This document shows positions 1 through 12,334 of a stretch of DNA of 64,000 nt, one piece after another. Below the pieces are notes generated by a model. It did no database searches and was not told the DNA's origin. It was given only the letters and a program-made list of their open reading frames with translations. Source of the stretch: Camelus dromedarius (taxonomy: Eukaryota); the NCBI RefSeq assembly GCF_036321535.1, contig NC_087440.1, positions 29,202,001 to 29,266,000 on the forward strand, written 5' to 3'. The position numbers and the translations under genes are program-made. Position 1 is the stretch's first letter, and every line of letters starts with the position of its first letter.

Positions 1-1540
1 GAATCCAGAAGTCCCAGGGATTAGTTGGAAGAGAAAACTCATAATCTTTCCTATAAGCACATTAACTAAATAGCACATTCAGAACTGTAATCACCGTAGA
101 TAAGTATGGAAAACCTGCTGTAGGGGGGGAGTTAAATCTTAAAATAGGGGAAGGATTGAAAGTGAAAGCTCAAAAATCAGATAGTTTGGGATATACTCAC
201 CCTACACAGGTCACCTCTGAAACCCGATCCCTGTCCCTGACTGAGAAGGCTTACTCTAGACTTACCTTTAGTCTGAAATGAAATCCAATTAATTTTTGCC
301 ATGGCAAGTGTTGATGGGAGTGCGTCCTCCTCCTTATGGCAAATGTACACTCTAGAGTACACTCTGAGCTTGGAAACTTTCATGTCTGTGTCTTAAGTAA
401 AGCCAAGTATGTGGAAAGACTTTGCCTATCATGCGCCTTGGGGATCCTTAGTTTTCCCCTTTTCCTGTGGAAAAGTTGGACTTTGAGAGCATAATACTAT
501 AATGCACCTTTTCAAAGCAAGATTACAGTTAGTTCAGTTAATGACACCTGAAAATGTAGTGGAAGGAAGTTTAACGTGTTTTACATTTTTTGTTTATTAG
601 GAGGCTATAACTTGTCTTCTTCTCTGTAACTACCATGTCATAAGGTAAACTAATGTCAGATCCAGTCCCAGCGGAAGTGGGATGATTTATGTGGGTGGGC
701 GGGTGACAGGCAGCTTGTCCTTGTCATTTAGAAGCTACGCCTGTGACTTAGGAACCTACTTGAACTGCTTCCAGGGACTCAAGAGGAAATTAGTTCTCAG
801 TATTCTCAATGTTACCTTGAGCAGAGTTCTAATGTTAATGGTTTGAGTGTGAACCATATTATAGGCATTCCTCTAGGTGATTGAAAGATAGTAGATAGAT
901 GTTTTTTAATTTGCTACTTTATTAGAGAAATAATATATGTATACAGTTATTTAGTAAGATGAAAACAATTAATTAGATGTATTTGGAGCAAATATTGAAG
1001 GCCCCCTTTATCTGTCCCCTCCCAATCTCATCCACTTTTGGAGGTAACAACTATTAGTCATGTAGTACATCCTTCTGTTACTATTTCTGTCAATAGCAGT
1101 AAGTGTACATTTCAACATATTCCGTTGGAGACAGTTTTTGTTTTTTTTTCTTAAATTTTTTTTGTTTGCAGTTTTGAGTTTAAATAACTTACATGTGAAA
1201 GGCTATTATTACTAAATCCCATTTCTTTCTTTTCTCTTGTCCACTACTGTCCCTGCCCCTCTCCTCCTTCATTACTGTCTCATTTTCTCCCTCTCTTGAG
1301 TTTTGTTTATCTCTTTCATTTCTAGATCTCAAAACATTCAAATGACTTTATTTGGTTTACCAGCCATTTTGCATCCTGAGGTCTAGAATCCATAACCTTT
1401 AAGTTTATGAGAACATAAAGATTCCATGCTTATTCAGTTGCTTTTGTGCTTCAACACACTTTACAGTAATCATAATGGCATATATATCCACTTACTGAGG
1501 AAAAATACAGGCAAAAGAGGCTAAATGACTTCCCTAGCTC
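1..1540. repeat. Paralogous upstream module A (copy of 10220-11830), truncated by the window edge
   Basis: Colinear with 10220-11830 throughout. Example anchors: TCCAGAAGTCCCAGGGATTAGTTGG at 4 vs TCCAGAAGTCTCAGGGATTAGTTGG at 10222; AATTAATTAGATGTATTTGGAGCAAATATTGAAGGCCCCCTTTA at ~967 vs ~11266. Confidence 0.9.
195..444 (-). promoter_or_regulatory. Candidate non-coding first exon/promoter of an OR lying left of the window
   Basis: Minus-strand donor GTGAGT (195-200), a second donor AAG|GTAAGT (260-268) and an O/E-like TCCCCAAGGC (435-444), aligned with equivalent motifs in modules B and C. Confidence 0.45.
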
Positions 1541-1589
1541 TTATAGTTATTAAGTGGAAGACCAGTGAGAGTTTTGTAGTTGCACATAT

Positions 1590-2045
1590 ATATTTGGGTT
1601 ACCATTGCACCCAGATACACTGCAGTCTCATTTCACATCAAATCCTCCTGTGGTCCTTTTGCTCAACCGTGCACAATACCTCTGTCTTAGGAAACCACTG
1701 GTCTCTTTTCTATCTCTGTAGTTTCCTTCTTTCCAAAATACCTTAAAAATGGAAGCATACAGTTTTTTTGCTTTTTGCATCTGGCTTTTCTCACTCTGCA
1801 CTTGAGATTCATCCACTTTGATGCATGTGCTAGTAGTTTCTTTTTATTGGTAAGTAGTGTTCCATTGTATAGATGCACCAAGTCAACTTATGTGCTCTCT
1901 GGTTTAGAAACAGTAGAGTTGTTTCCAATTTTTAGTGATTAAGAGTAAAGCTACGTGAGCATTCTTGTACCGGTTTTATGTGTTAAACTTTTTTTTTTTT
2001 TCCACTGGAGTATCACAGAGTGGGATTTTGGGGTCACAAGGTTAA
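1590..2045 (-). mobile_element. Old L1 (L1M-type) 3' fragment
   Basis: Antisense L1 3'-region motifs (CTGGCTTTTCTCACTC...GAGATTCATCCA...GTGTTCCATTGTATAGATG...GTTGTTTCCAATTTTTAG). Confidence 0.7.
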
Positions 2046-2099
2046 TTGTTCATATAATAATGCAAATCTTCATAAGAATTATATTCAAAATGATGAAGT

Positions 2100-3850
2100 G
2101 AATGGCCAATATCCATAGAAAAATATATTATATAAGTGTGTTTATCATTAATGTTGCTACTGTTGTTTAAAAGTTTTGTCTAATTTAGTCTATGCTCACC
2201 CTCATAGTATGTAAAAATAGTTTTCTGCCTTCAACAGTGCTGCCAGGTGGCAAAGTTTGGAAAATGAGACTGGAATTTAAAAATATCAGAAGTTGAAGTA
2301 TCTAATTTTCTCTAGTGAGGTCAAAAGGGTATACTGAATATTTTCATAGATCATAGTCTAATCACTCCCAGATGCTTCAGATGAAAGAGATCCTGGGTGC
2401 CATGTATTACACCAAAGACCATGCCTGCTTTATATTCCCTCAATTTTTTCCTTTAAAGGTGTTACTAGTATTTTATGTTGATTTACAAATGACAGAGTAT
2501 TAATAATACTACAAAATTAATTTATATGAATAGTCAGATAAAGGATACTGTAGTAATTAATTTTTAGAAGCACAGGATATTTAAGTTTGGACAAATACAC
2601 CTTTATGTTCCAAGATTTTATATTTTTATCTTCAAATACTCAAGACAAAACTTTCCATAAAGAGGGGGTAAAATGCGTGGAGGTCAAAGGAAAAATCAGG
2701 GGAAGAGAGCCTGAATATGCTTCCTTGCCAAGGCCCCACTCACGTTGCAGGGCCTGATCTTTGTGATGACCCCATGGAATGGGTCTCTCGTTGAAGTGCT
2801 ATGTCTCAGCATATCCTGCAAGAAGTCACAGAGTTAGGAAGCCTGGGACTGCGCTGCACAGCTAAGTTCTTCTGACTTCTGCTTCCATGGTGCCATTCTG
2901 GTTCTGTCAAGTTTTAAAAGCTTAATTCTGTTTCCATGGCAGCTAACTGATTTTCATAGCTTTCTGAGGTTTCCCTCTGTATTGTTCATTCAAGTTCTTC
3001 CTGAAGAAACTGTTGGCAAACACTACCATTATTAACTAATTTCCTGTTTGGAAATTTGTGGAAATTAGCATTATATATCTCTGCCTGGGACCATCTACCT
3101 ATAGAATTGTGCATCAAAAAGTGAGAACAAACCTTACTGAATCTTAACATCTAGGGAGCTCTAGGACTGTACAGAGGCACTGCTTTTGGTAAAGGGAGGT
3201 CTTTTGCTCTTAGAGTCCAGAAGTTCCAGGAAGTAGCTGAGAAGAAACTCTTTATGTTTTTAGAAACTTTACAAACTTCCAGGAAATCCCAGTTGGCATA
3301 TATGGAAAGTTGACATTGAAATACTGAGAAATTTGGCTTAAATGTGAGGGAAGAAGAAAAGGAAGAAGCTGAGATTGTTCTAGAGGATAAGATATATAAC
3401 ATTTGGAAACATCATTGTCTGTGATTGGATTCTTCTTCATGCATAAAACTGATTTAAAATTTTAATTAGGGCCTGAAATACAGTCAGATTGCAGTAAAAC
3501 AAACAATGCATTTTCTGTTTGGACAAGTGTTTATGGGATAGTGTTATTCTCAGTGTGTTAGGTATTTACTGTGGAGAGTAGCTTCTGGGGTGGGAAACTT
3601 TAGAGCTTTGTGTTGTGGGTAGAACAAAGTTTAAACACTGTCCATGTTTTGCTTTGTGGGATCTTTAAGTTTCTGTGTTTCTCAAAATTGAAAGCATTTC
3701 TGATAATGTGCTTTTCTCAAATTCAGAGCCAGCCAAAATTTCAAAGTGAATTTAGTTATAACAGTTCGAGAGATGAAAGTAAAGTAGAATTTTAAAATGT
3801 TCTTTGGTTCATTTGATTTTTTTTTGTAGGTGTGACAAAATTTTTACTTT
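2100..3850. repeat. Paralogous upstream module E (copy of ~17450-19170) with no associated coding exon
   Basis: Colinear anchors with the region upstream of OR#2: ~2469 vs ~17774; GACAAGTGTTTATGGGA 3522 vs GACCAGTGTTAATGGGA 18914; AGTTATAACAGTTCGAGAGATGAAAGT 3754 vs AGTTATAAAAGTTCTAATGATGGAAGT 19101. Confidence 0.8.
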
Positions 3851-4927
3851 GATCTATAGCTGTGGTTTTTGTATTGCAACTAAGATTTCACTTTTTCTTG
3901 CAAAAGTCATTTGGCTTTTATGTGTAACAGGTAGGAGCTGATCTCAGAGTCTGGTCATGACTTGCAGAACCATGCCCATGGCTGAATGGTCCACCTTTAA
4001 CTCTGGTTTCATGGGAATTGTGGAAAGCAGAGAAATATTTTATATCACTGATTCTCTGTGCTCAATTACCAGTTTGGGGTTCATTAGAGTAAAAAAAAAA
4101 AGTTTAATTTGCACTTCTCTAAGTAACAAGGCAGTAATGGGAGGCTGCTTTTAAGTTTCCTTTTATTGCCAGCAGCACCAGAAAGTCAATCTCACCTCTT
4201 TTCTCTGGTTCCCCAGCATAGATGCACAATATTTGCTGTGGGAAATGCTGGGCATGCCCAGAAGTTAGTGCATCCTCAAATCATGAACAATACTCCAAAT
4301 ACCTTGCCCTTCAATTGGGAGAATTCTAAGTCATAGAATCTATAGAGTCTCCTGAAGGACCACAATAAGCTTGCACTGTTACGTTAACATATAAGGATCC
4401 TTCCCTTCCCAGTATCAGTTCTCCATTCCCTTACTGATGCTTCCAAAGATCAGCTTCCAATTAAACTACCTGCAATCACATTTTGTCATTTGGTCTTCTA
4501 AGGGAAAGCAACCTAAGTAAGTAAGTAGGTAGAGCTATTTATGTCCTACAAATATACCCATTCAGTGTGATGATTCCTGACATTTCCCAAAGCAAGCTTG
4601 TAGCTTATTTCCAATTTTATGGAAAGCTGAGGGGATTTTATTATATGTTTTGTTATTGTCTAAATAGTCACAATTTCAATCTAAAATATTATTTAGTAGA
4701 TACTGCTGCTGTCTGCTAAAATAGTAAAATAAATAACCTTACATGGTAGAGTCACATTTCCCATGGTGGCAAATTTAATGAATAAATGCTCTACAGAAGC
4801 AGTAGAATTTTGTTCATTGAGGTAGATGATACATCCAGTTTTGTCTGTTTTAAATCTAAGATGCCTAAGTGGAGATGTCCAAAAGGCAGATGGATATACA
4901 GTTTTCAAGCTCCAAACTCAGATCCAA

Positions 4928-5863
4928 TCAGCAAAATTTGATATAATGTTTTTGTTTGCTCAGTCTTTTTATGGCTGCCTTTATATCTTTGTTCCTTAAT
5001 GTATATATAATGGGATTTAAGACAGGGGTAATAGCAAAGTCAGCAATGAACAGATATTTGTCAATTGATGATCTGGGGAAAGGCCATACATAGAGAAACA
5101 TGCATGAAGTGAAAAAAAGAACCACCACAGTGATATGAGCTGACAAAGTGACAAATGCCTTGGATAAATCTCCCAAAGAACGTTTCCAGACAGTGACCAA
5201 AATGAAGATATAAGAAAGGATTAGCAGGAAGAAGGTGCTCATGCTCATGAAGCCACTGTTGGCAGCAACAATGAACTCAAACTTGACTCCATCTGTGCAC
5301 GCAAGTTTTATGATCCTGGGAAAGTCACAATAAAAGCTGTCCACTTTGTTAGGACCACAAAAGGGCAAGTTTATAATGAAAACAAACTGAGACATAGCAT
5401 GGATCACCCCAGTTACCCAGCCAGTGAGTACAAATGAAACACATATTTTAGGGTTCATGATGTTCAAGTAGTGAAGAGGCTTGCAGATTGCCGTGTACCT
5501 GTCAAATGCCATGGCTATGAGTAACACCATCTCCACTCCTCCCATGATGTGGATGAAGCATATTTGTGTCATACAACCTTGGAAAGAGATTATCTTGTAT
5601 CCATTTAAAAGGTCTGTAATCATCTTGGGCACTGTGGTAGAGGCAACGCCCACATCAATAAAAGACAAGTTGGCAAGCAGGAAGTACATAGGAGAATGTA
5701 AATGAGAATCAAAAATTACCAAAAACAAAATGAAGAGATTTCCCAGGATGATCCCCAAATAGATGAAGGAGAATATCAGTGTGAGAAAAACTTTGGTTTC
5801 CCAAGAACCAGAGAGTCCCAGCAATACAAACTCAGAAACCACTGAATCATTTGGTCCATCCAT
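4928..5863 (-). CDS. OR#1: olfactory receptor family 4 (OR4F/OR4G-like), 311 aa, intact
   Basis: N-glycosylation sequon NDS, GN in TM1, [52 protein letters not shown]. The TM7 Asp (ADF) resembles OR4F-type receptors. Splice acceptor CTTTCTCTCCTAAG ends at 5897. Confidence 0.96.
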   Translation of the reverse strand: MDGPNDSVVSEFVLLGLSGSWETKVFLTLIFSFIYLGIILGNLFILFLVIFDSHLHSPMYFLLANLSFIDVGVASTTVPKMITDLLNGYKIISFQGCMTQICFIHIMGGVEMVLLIAMAFDRYTAICKPLHYLNIMNPKICVSFVLTGWVTGVIHAMSQFVFIINLPFCGPNKVDSFYCDFPRIIKLACTDGVKFEFIVAANSGFMSMSTFFLLILSYIFILVTVWKRSLGDLSKAFVTLSAHITVVVLFFTSCMFLYVWPFPRSSIDKYLFIADFAITPVLNPIIYTLRNKDIKAAIKRLSKQKHYIKFC

Positions 5864-6169
5864 TGACTTGGGCAGAAGATCTGATGTTCAGTTCACCTTA
5901 GGAGAGAAAGTAATGAAAAGTCAGAATCAGTGCTATAAAAGTAGATTTCCTATTCATCCTGCTAGCTTGTTTTTTGAGGTTGGTTTTTGAAAAAGGAAAA
6001 TTGAAATTGAAATTGAAAATTGAAAAAGGAAAAAAAGACAATATGGAAACATTATGGTGATCAGAAGAATAATTATATTAAAAACTGAATACTTTGAATG
6101 CAGGTAAATGAGGTTATTACTTCCCTTCTTATTTCAGTTTCCTACTTTTTTGTTTTGTTTTGCCTCTCA

Positions 6170-6520
6170 AGTTTCTAGACATTTCCCCTGACCACTTACC
6201 TAGGTGTTCTCCCATGTGAGTTATCTTAGTCATTCTGTCACCTTCACACTAATGTTCTCACACCAAATTGGAAATTCCCTTTAGTGTATTTCTCTTTTCA
6301 CTGGTCAAATGGAAATCTCCAGGCTGAAACTATTTTGTGTTTCACCTTGCTTCACCTATGTATTTTGTTTTTGTTCTTTTAATATGATTTACCATGTAAG
6401 TAAGGTCCTCAGATTGTGATTACTCATAATGTTTGGTTCATGAAACAGCATCATAGTGCATGTACATACCTCTATATTCAATAAAAATATTGAATACGAA
6501 GCCTGAATACCTGTTAATAA
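6170..6520 (+). mobile_element. L2 3' fragment
   Basis: TTTCCCCTGACCAC... through a degraded L2 tail (TATTCAATAAAAATATTGAATA). Confidence 0.5.
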
Positions 6521-6559
6521 AAATGTTAATTAAACAAATATTAACAGATGCCAGTTATC

Positions 6560-6740
6560 AGTGCATCCTCTATGCAAAACTTTGAACTAATCACATTATC
6601 TCATTTAAACCTCATAGAATTCGATATAGAAATGCTGTTTTATGAGATTTATTTTATTAATGAAGAAACTGAGTCCTAGATGGACCAAGTGTCAGAACCA
6701 GGGCTTTTATCCAGAGCTATAGGCCATCATAATCCATGCT
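6560..6740 (-). mobile_element. MIR fragment
   Basis: Antisense MIR core (CTCATTTAAACCTCATAG...GAAGAAACTGAG). Confidence 0.6.
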
Positions 6741-7859
6741 CCTAATCATGGCAGTATGCACTCCAAGGCCAGCATCTTCAGATATACCCTGAATCTGACC
6801 CAATGATCCATCATTTACTAAAATTTACTTAAACTTTTTGTTTCCTTTGACTTATTACCATTAGTTCACTTCTTTAAAAAAATTAAATTGCTAATCTTGT
6901 GTCCCTTTCTAATTTTTGTTTCTTTCCCTAAGTCTTCATCAGCAACTCTCACTTTTCATTCATTCATCAATGTCAAAACAATTCAGTTTCCAAGATTTCT
7001 TGTTTCTAGAAAAACCCCTGGATTATGAATACATCATATAATAATCAATTTTCAGTCATCATTTTCCTTGATCGTACTGTTTATCATGAACTTGCTTCTG
7101 TAACTCTTTGCTGTTGGCTTCTTGGCTTTTATATAGCCTGTCTTCTCACTTATTGCCAACAGACATACCATTTGCTCAAGTAGTGGACTGACATCTCTAA
7201 ATTTTAGGAAAGAATAGCCCTATCCAAGTCTAGAGCATGATGTATGATTTTTCTAAACCAGTTACTATAATCCCATTTTCCTTGGCCATGGTAGTCTAAG
7301 ATGGCACATGTTGCCTAGAACTGTTCAATGAGATGTAAACAAATGTTGTGTCTGGAGGGCTTTCCTTCCCCAATGAAAAGACAAAACTTCATGTAGAGAA
7401 GGTTCTTTTCATGGTCCATTTTTTCCCCTGCATTTAATGCTAATGGGACTAAAGATGCAGCAACTACAGAGTTCTAAATCCCATATATAAATACAAATAA
7501 CAGTGAGAATTTTGGGAGGACCTAACAACCAAAGGGCATATTGAGTCACTTAACCAGAGTCAGCAATAGTCTCCCTTCAGATTATTCTTATAAAGTGAGA
7601 AAAATAAACCCCAACTTGTTTGGTCCACTAAAAACCAGGTTTTCTGTCAATTTGCTGAATGCAGTTAGACCATTTCTACAACAGCCCTCCCATAATTATT
7701 CTCCTAACTTTCTGACTTCACTATACCTCTCACTAACTCAGTGATCAGTTCTCTGCTCATTCTTAATTTTTGGTGTGACTCAGAGATTTGTGATAAGTGT
7801 TTTTCATTCAATGTCAATTTACTCATTTTAACTAATTCCTGCATTTTGAATTCTGAATC

Positions 7860-8340
7860 TGTAGCTTCATCCCTGGACTCCAGAGTAATATTTTAAAGCC
7901 ATACACACAAGTGAAAGCCAAACCTCCATCTTCAAGTTAACATGTTAAAACTGAGTTCATATCTCCAACACCTTAGTAATACTGTTATCGTTCTTCCAGG
8001 TGCCCAGTTTAGACACCCATGGGGCACTTGTCTCTGTCCTTTAATTTCCATCTCCAATTGTACAATTTTTATTCTCAAATATTCCTCACTTCAGTTCCTT
8101 CCTCATTTCCATTGTCACTTTGTCTTGTTTCTAGTCTTCATATTTTCCTGTCTTGACATTTGAAAAGGCTACTAAATGATCTCTCTGGACCATTTGTCCC
8201 CGAGTCCAGTCCATTATATAGAATTTCCAGAGCTATCCATCCAGAGCTCAAATATGATCACATGGATTTTCTACTTAAAGCCTTTGGTGGAACTGTCAAG
8301 AGAAAATTCTTGATCCCACAGCATATCACATAAGACCCTG
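7860..8340 (+). mobile_element. L2 fragment
   Basis: ACATGTTAAAACTGAGTTC...TATGATCACATG...CTTAAAGCCTT matches the L2 3' region. Confidence 0.7.
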
Positions 8341-8479
8341 AGAGATGAGTAATATTTTATTTCAGAGAGGGTATTTTTATAAAACTTTTAGGAAATGAAT
8401 GTATTAGTCAGTGGGTAATTTTCAAAATTGATTTCTATAAAAACTCTTAGTAAAATAGCAAGGATTAAGAATTACTTTG

Positions 8480-9860
8480 AACATACCGCTTTTAATAGAA
8501 TTTTTAAACCAACAGTCAACAGCTGATTATAGATGAAACATTAAAATCAAAAGCATGAAGAAGGAAGCCTGCAGCACCATGTTCCATCACATACTACAGA
8601 CAAGAAGATTAAATAAATAAAACTATTAAAGAAAGTTATCTAAACTACAGTTATTAACAAGTCATACAATTATCCATCTCAAAAACTTAAGACAATTACG
8701 TAGAAACTTAAATGTAGCAAAATAATTTTGACAAATATAGTGAAGTGTTAATGATACCTTGGTAAAATATAACAGAGATCTCATTTATAAATGAAACAAA
8801 TAGGCAATGTATGCTTTTTATTGAAAAACTTCCCTGGAAGATTTGAAACCCTGGTTTAAATGGACGATAAAATCATACTAATTGATAAAAAAGATTCAAA
8901 GTGGTAAAAATACCAATTCTCACTAAACTATTCTGAGCAGTAACTGTAGTGCTCAGTTTTAAAGTCCAGTGGAAATCTTCTGGAACATTACAAAGTGAGT
9001 CAAACTCTATTTAAAGCCCAGGGAAATTTTGAAAAGGAAACAAAGTGAGAGGGGAGGAAAGAGAATATATACTGTAAAAAACTGGAATATATTATAAGCC
9101 TATACTAATTGAACAGTGATCAAATTGAGTAATGTTGAACAGGTAAATTAACAAAACACAGTTAAGAATGAGATACAAATTAGGGAATTTAGTGTATAAT
9201 GAAGGAGGCATTACAGTTATATAGGATGATGAAGGATTACTCAGTAAATTTGGAGTATTCAGTGGTTGTTAAACATGTAACTCAACATTGGAAACATAAA
9301 GTTGTATCTCTATGGATATCTAACAGAAAAGTAAGTTCTAGATGATAGAAGGCTTAAATGTAATAGTAAAATGATAAAATTTTAATAAAATATGTTATAG
9401 TTAAGTTTTAAAACTTGAGGTTGAAGAGGTTTTTAAATGTTTCCTACAAATTCAGAAAGAAGTTTCCATTTTTGTGTTTTTTTTTCCCCTCAGCAGAATG
9501 AATAAACTTGTTGCTATGGGACTTGGGAAGCAATGTGCCTCATTCTCAGCTGATGGTTATGTGAAGTGGTACAGTCATTCCAGAGGGCAACTGAGTAATA
9601 GAGTAAAAAATTATTTTGACTCTGACTCATTAATTGTATGTCTTGGAATGAATTAAAAGGAAATCAGTAGGCAAATATACAAAATGTATAATGCTACTTT
9701 ACTTTACTTATCAGCATTTCTTATAATACAAACTTCTTTAGAATAAGGGATTAAGTGATTACATTTATACAACACAAATATTTAAAAAGATTAAGTATAC
9801 GTTAGCATGTAAAGATATTGATAAGTCAAGAAAACATTTGTAGAGAAAAAGATCCTTTTA
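8480..9860 (+). mobile_element. Highly degraded old L1 (L1ME-like) ORF2/3' fragments
   Basis: A-rich sense-strand L1 ORF2 remnants around 8860-8930 and later 3' segments. Confidence 0.5.
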
Positions 9861-10401
9861 TTTAAGGGTGGTGCAACTGGCATTTTGCATTAGTAAATGT
9901 TTAGAATTTGTCCCCAATTTCTACATGTAGTGAGATTTTAAATAAACTTATGTTTGTTTCTTTATCTCCAACTTGTTTGCTGTATTTTTTAGAGGTAATA
10001 TTTAGCAGTTCCCAGATATCCACATTGGGAAAGGTCATTTCTCACAGACCCTCCAACTTATCCTGATGTTTTCTGTTTTTAGATTTTGCTTGTTTAATCA
10101 TTTGATCAAAGTGGTAGCAGAAAAACCTCAGTCATTAACATTAATGGGCTTAAGTACAATCCAGTGAAGACAAACAATGAAGGCAGTGTTGTTTTTCAGT
10201 ATGTGTAACTGCTGTTAGTAATCCAGAAGTCTCAGGGATTAGTTGGGAGAAAACATAAAATTCCTGCAAGTGCATTAACTGCGTAACACATTTAGAACTC
10301 GTAAGTTCTATAGGGAAGTGTGAAAAACACTACAGGAAAGACAACTTAGTCTTAAAATAGGGGAGAGGCATTGAAAGTGAAAGTTCAAAAATCAGTTATC
10401 T

Positions 10402-10504
10402 AGGAGGGATAAGGGGTATAGCTCAGTCGGTAGAGCACCTGCTTAGCATGCCCAGCCTGCACGAGGTCCTAGGTTCAATCCCCAGTACCTCCAATAACAA
10501 AAGT
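10402..10504 (+). mobile_element. tRNA-Ala(AGC)-derived SINE (camelid vic-1-like) with 12-bp TSD
   Basis: GGGGTATAGCTCAGTCGGTAGAGCACCTGCTTAGCATGC...ACGAGGTCCTAGGTTCAATCCCCAGTACCTCCA has A and B boxes, an AGC anticodon loop and a 9-nt insertion. It has an A-rich tail and TSD AATCAGTTATCT at 10390-10401 and 10505-10516, and is absent from module A. Confidence 0.9.
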
Positions 10505-10523
10505 AATCAGTTATCTGGGAGAT

Positions 10524-10762
10524 ACTTACTCTGTAGAGATCACCTCTGACACCAGATTCTTGTCTCCGACTGAGAAGGCTCACTCTAGATTCTACCTGTA
10601 GTCCAGTTAATTCTCTGCTGTGACCAGTGCTGGTGGTAGTGCATCTTCTCAGTGTGGCAAATATACACTGTAAAGTGCAGTGTCTGGGCTTTGAAACTTT
10701 CCATCTGTGTTTAAATAGAGCCATGTATTTGGAAGGACTTTCGCTATCATTCTCCCCAGGGA
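10524..10762 (-). promoter_or_regulatory. Candidate promoter and non-coding exon 1 of OR#1
   Basis: Minus-strand donor GTAAGT (10524-10529), TATA-like TATTTAAA (~10711-10718) and a perfect O/E (EBF) site TCCCCAGGGA (10753-10762). Confidence 0.55.
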
Positions 10763-11838
10763 TCTTTAGCTTCCTAATTTCTCTGAATTGGGGGCATCAT
10801 GTAATAATGTACCCTTTTCTAAGTTGCAGCAGTTAAATACAACTAAAAAGGTTATTAAATGTAAGAAAAGGAAGTTTAAAATATGTCTGTTCTGTTTATT
10901 GGAATTATATAATGTTTTTTTCTTTTGTTCTGTATCTACAATGTCATAAAGTGAATTAAGAAGTTCCAGTTCCAGCAGAAGTGAGATGAGTTATGTAGAC
11001 GGGTAGGTGACCGTAGCTCGTCACTGGCATGTTGCACCTGTGCTCATGACTTAAGGACTGATATGAACTTCTGCTTCTTGGTACTTCAGAGGAGTATGTC
11101 TCAACAGCCTTAGTGCTTCCTTGACACTGAAAATGCACTGTTTGAGTATAAACCATGTTATAGGTGCTTCTTTAAGAGATGAAAAGATAATGCAAGGTTA
11201 CTTTCAATTCACTGCTTTATTAAATAAATAATACACAGATGCAGTCTAATTTAATAGATTCAAACAATTAATTAGATGTACTTGGAGCAAATATTGAGGG
11301 CCCCCTTTATCTTTCCCCTAATCTACCCTTGGAGGTAACAACTATCAATCTCCTAGTGCATCATCCTTCTGTTACTATTCCTGTCAATAGTGGTAAGTGT
11401 ACATAACATATGCCATTGGAGACAGTTTTTCTTTATCCTTTTTTGTTTTCAGCTTTGTGTTTAAATAAGTTATATGTGAAAGGCTGTTATTACTAGATCC
11501 CCATTTCTTTCTTTTCTCTTGGCTGTTACTGTCCCTGCCCCTCTCCTCCCTCCCTCCCTCTTTACTGTCTCATTTTCAGTCTCTCCAAGTTTTGTTTATA
11601 TTTTAAATTTCTAGATCTCAAAAAATGTAAATGAATTTATTGCTCGACCAGCCATTTTGTGCCCTGAGGTCTGACCATCTGAGTCTGAGAACATAAAAAT
11701 TCCATGCTTGTTCATTTTCTTGAGTGTTACAACACCCTTTTCAGGCATCATCTTACATAATCATGATGACACTTAGATACATTTACAGAGGAGAAAACAG
11801 GCAAAAAGAGGCTAAGTGATCTTCACTAGTCTTTTTTT

Positions 11839-12331
11839 AAATTTTATTTTTTATTGAAGTGTAGTTGATTTACAATGTTAGCTTCAGGTGTACAGCAAAG
11901 CATTCAGTTACACATATACATACATACATATATATTTTTTCAGATTCTTTTCCATTATAGCTTGTAACAAGAAATTCAATATATTTCCCTGTGCCATACA
12001 GTAGGTCCTTGTTGTTTATCTGTTTATATATAGTAATATGTATCTGTTAATCCCAAACTCCTAATTTATCCCTCCCCGACCCTTTCCCCTTTGGTAACCA
12101 CAGTCTGTTTTCTTTGTTTTCTATGTCTGTGAGGCTGTTTCTGGTTTGTAAATAAAATTTGTATCTTTTTTTTCAAGATTCCACATATAGGTGATATCAT
12201 ATGATGTTTGTCTTTCTCTGTCTTTTACTTCACTGAATATGATAATATCTGGGTCCATCCATGTTTCTGCAAATGGCATTATTTCATTCTTTTTTATGGC
12301 TGAGTAATATTCCATTATATAAATATACCAT
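11839..12331 (-). mobile_element. 5'-truncated L1 3' UTR
   Basis: Antisense L1 tail (TTATTGAAGTGTAGTTGATTTACAATG...), flanked by GTCTTTTTTT at 11829-11838 and 12332-12341 (candidate TSD). Confidence 0.9.
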
Positions 12332-12334
12332 GTC

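Larger units (their letters stand above)
10220..11830. repeat. Paralogous upstream module B (upstream of OR#1)
   Basis: Colinear with 1-1540 apart from the SINE at 10402-10504; ends where young L1s are inserted. Confidence 0.9.

Noticed and set aside
5104-5112. OR#1 TM6 FFTSC instead of FFGPC as a disabling change
   Set aside because: Most ORs lack a proline at this position, and all other motifs are intact.
5481-5990. ORFs antisense to or frameshifted within the OR genes (also 14492-14740, 27105-27448, 39803-39994, 55527-55848, 62468-63191)
   Set aside because: Shadow frames produced by OR codon usage, with no independent protein signal.
8005-8015. O/E-like CCCATGGG site
   Set aside because: It lies inside an L2 relic with no supporting exon or homeodomain context.
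10413-10493. Functional tRNA-Ala gene
   Set aside because: A 9-nt insertion and mismatches break the cloverleaf; it has an A-rich tail and a TSD and is absent from the paralogous block, so it is a SINE.
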